From the NCBI RefSeq assembly GCF_009914755.1, contig NC_060933.1: 64,000 nucleotides of DNA. One strand, given 5' to 3'. Source of the stretch: the human T2T-CHM13v2.0 reference genome, Homo sapiens. Positions within the stretch are counted from its first letter, which is position 1; each line of letters starts with the position of its first letter. Shown here in pieces: positions 60,850 through 64,000 of the stretch. Below the pieces are notes generated by a model. It did not search any database, had not been told where the DNA came from, and worked only from the letters and a program-made list of their open reading frames with translations. Position numbers and translations under genes: made by a program.

Positions 60850-63341
60850 TAATTTTATTTTTTATGCACTTTATGCAGCTAGGTTATTAATAAAAGGCAA
60901 GGAAAGATGACAAGAGTAATTAATCTATACACTATAGAAAGGAGAATAAAGTTATGACTATGTCTATTAATAGTGCAACTGTTATAATTATCAAAGATAA
61001 AGTTATGACATAAGTGAAATCTGCCATGATGACTCTAATAAATTTATGTTTAAAATCTGTAAAGTTTTCATATTAAAGTTTTTGAAAATAAAAGAATTTA
61101 TTTAGGTAAACTGGCACACATTTGCTTGTTTTATTACCTATAAACAGCTAGGAGAATAAAAACTAACACTCAAACTTTTTTAAAAGCTTAATATATTTTA
61201 ATAATTAAGTCAGTTATATTTACTTGTCATATGCCTTAAAAGAGCTTTAACTGGCTGATTCAATTATTCAAAGGCCCAAAACTATACGGCCCAAAAAGAC
61301 TGACGCATTATTTATTTCCCTACAAATGTGGAAATCTTATCAAAATGAAGGTATACACATGTTGCTGAGCATATAAAACACCATCCCTGTCACAGGAAAA
61401 TAAAGGAAGACATTGAGTCTGTTTCGTAATTAATGAAAAAGAGGGATGTGCTAGAGACAACACAGTGAGTCAGTGGCAACCCCAGAACTAGAACACAGAG
61501 ATTGTGACCTCCAACCAGGCTTCTTCCCATTATATCACCATCACTGAGGTGGATGAGCCTGAGATGTCACCATATCCCCTCACCTGCTTCTTCACTGAGA
61601 CTGATGAATTCCAACAGAAACAACATCCTTTCACAGCTGTTTACCATGAATACCGTCTCAAATTCATTCAGATCTCTTTGTCTCAAACAACACAGAATTT
61701 CAACATCCTTCTCATTTATTCTCACAACAGCCTCATTGCACAGCAGGGCTACACAGTCTGCAGGTGTGGAAACTGAGACAAAGTCACCATCTAGAGCCAA
61801 TCAACCTTCTAGTCCTGTCCTTGTCTCCTTAAACTACGTCTGTACCTCTTTTTATAGTACTTTATTTATACCATGCCTTGAGTTTTCCTAAATTTATGTA
61901 AAACAGAGAATAGTACTTAATAGAACTGTTATGAAGATTAAATGAGTTAATATATATAAAAATAATAAGAACAGTGCCTATCACATCGAAAGCACACCAT
62001 AAATATTAGCTATTTTTATTTTTACTCAAAATTATCAAATGTGTCCAAGGACTTTCCAGTCCAAAGCTTCTGACTGCTTTTTCAATGGGGATGTGTCATA
62101 ACTCCTAAGCCAATGAGGTCCAAAATGTATTTAACTCGCTCTCCAAACGGGCTCCTTTTTCTGGCTTCACCAGTACTATTGCCACGCTGCAAATCTGACT
62201 TTGATTCTTCAACCTTCCCTACCTCCAATATCTAATCCATTGCTAAGTCTGATCAATTCTAGATATACTTGTTCTTTGCTCTCTGTAAGCACAGTCTCTG
62301 TAAGCACCAATTACACTGGGATCATTAACATCTTTCTCAATAATTTTAAGAGCCACTGAGACTAGTCTCCCTGCTTTTCTTTTTCTTTCTTCAATCCATT
62401 CTTCACACAGCTGCTACCGTGATCTCCCTAAATGACAATTCTTATTTTACTCTGCTATTATATTAGCAACCAAACTCTCATTCAGCCTTAACAGCAGAAT
62501 AAAGCCTAAACTTCTTAACGGGTACTGAAAGGCTTCTGGACCCAAACTATCTTTCCACCCTTCTCACCACAACATTTCAAAAAGGGACTGACTATTTACT
62601 GTTCTCTCAAAACACTGAACTCCTTTTTGACTCTCTGCATTTTCCCATCTCCTTACTTTTGCTCAGACCCTACCCTCACTTAGAGGGGTCTTCTCTTCAT
62701 CTCCGCCCATAAATGCCATTCTTCATATGCCATTTAGTCATGTCTTACATTATGTCCAAAAAGTGCTTTCTCTATTCCCTTTATAGTTTCAGAGAATTTT
62801 ATAGCTGGGATCACCTCATCTTACAAATAACCATGTCTGCAAATGCTAAAATCAAGTAATCAAGGTGACCGGCAGGTAGGCCTAGAATTTAGATACAACT
62901 TCAAATCTTTTCCTAAACCACATCTTCCCCCTTTCATAGTATTTAATCACACCTTGTCTTGTATTTTAGTTATTTATGTAATTATTCGTATGTTCATTCA
63001 ATTGTGTGAAGACTAAAGGCAAATGTATTTCAGATACATCAGTTGTATGAAGTAGAACTTCAGATGTTTGTTGAACCTAATAAAAATTGCAACAAGAAAT
63101 ACAGCAACTCAAGATTAACCCAGCTACATGGGGTGGGGGCAGGGGGGTGGTTCGCCGGGGGGAACAAAAGAGTGGGGGCCACATGGCAGCTCCCCTCTGC
63201 CACCTCAGAGTAAATGTCACTTTAATATAATAAAGTCCCTGAACATAGCTAATAATTTCTTCCTCTGAGGAAAATAACAGTTGCCACTCTCACAGGCATC
63301 TAAGATTAAATGAAGCATTGCAGGTAGAAGACTTAACATAC

Positions 63342-63681
<340 letters not shown>

Positions 63682-64000
63682 TCATTTCTAGTCTTGGCCT
63701 TCCTCTCCTTTAATATAGCCTGTTCTACTATCCAGCCCTGCCATGACACTCCTCTGCCTTAAAACCTTCCACTCTTCCCACCACCTCCCTTACTGGATCA
63801 AGTCCAAACTGTTTGGTCTGGCCTTGTAGAAGCTGCTTCCAAGTCCTATCTCAGCCCAAGTTGCCTCTCCAGGCTCAGCACCTGCTGCTTCCCACCACCA
63901 CCACTAGGGTCACATCAAACTGTACTTGGCTCCCTAAACACACAAGTTCTGCTAGGCCGTCTCATTCTTGTGAGTTTTCACCCATAATATAGTGGAAAAG

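Noticed and set aside
61567-61800. Protein-like 77-aa minus-strand ORF in intron 1
   Set aside because: I cannot assign it to any family and it is probably an old LINE remnant. A tBLASTn/Dfam search would settle it.

Overview
Primate (almost certainly human) genomic DNA, recognisable as 9q33.2. The last ~14.5 kb hold exons 2-4 of NDUFA8 on the minus strand; exon 1 lies beyond the right edge. From recalled gene order (not checkable here), TTLL11 starts just left of the window and MORN5/LHX6 lie to the right. The first ~49 kb are intergenic. They contain the MIR4478 hairpin, an orphan CpG island with a dense developmental-TF motif core (~31.9-32.7 kb), several strong CTCF motifs, a MER41A-type solo LTR, MaLR LTRs and DNA-transposon relics. 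About 25 Alus and many old L1/L2/MIR fragments are spread across the whole window. Almost all ORFs in the supplied track are chance or Alu-derived. I found no new multi-gene system. The most interesting unexplained structures are: a 140-bp nested palindrome next to a CTCF site; a 22-bp minisatellite whose junctions each carry a near-perfect PRDM9 motif; an Alu-flanked, 330-nt, stop-free NDUFA8 exon 2+3 cassette (candidate rolling-circle circRNA); a near-perfect RFX X-box; and several templated micro-duplications. Repeat boundaries and subfamily calls were made by eye and are approximate.
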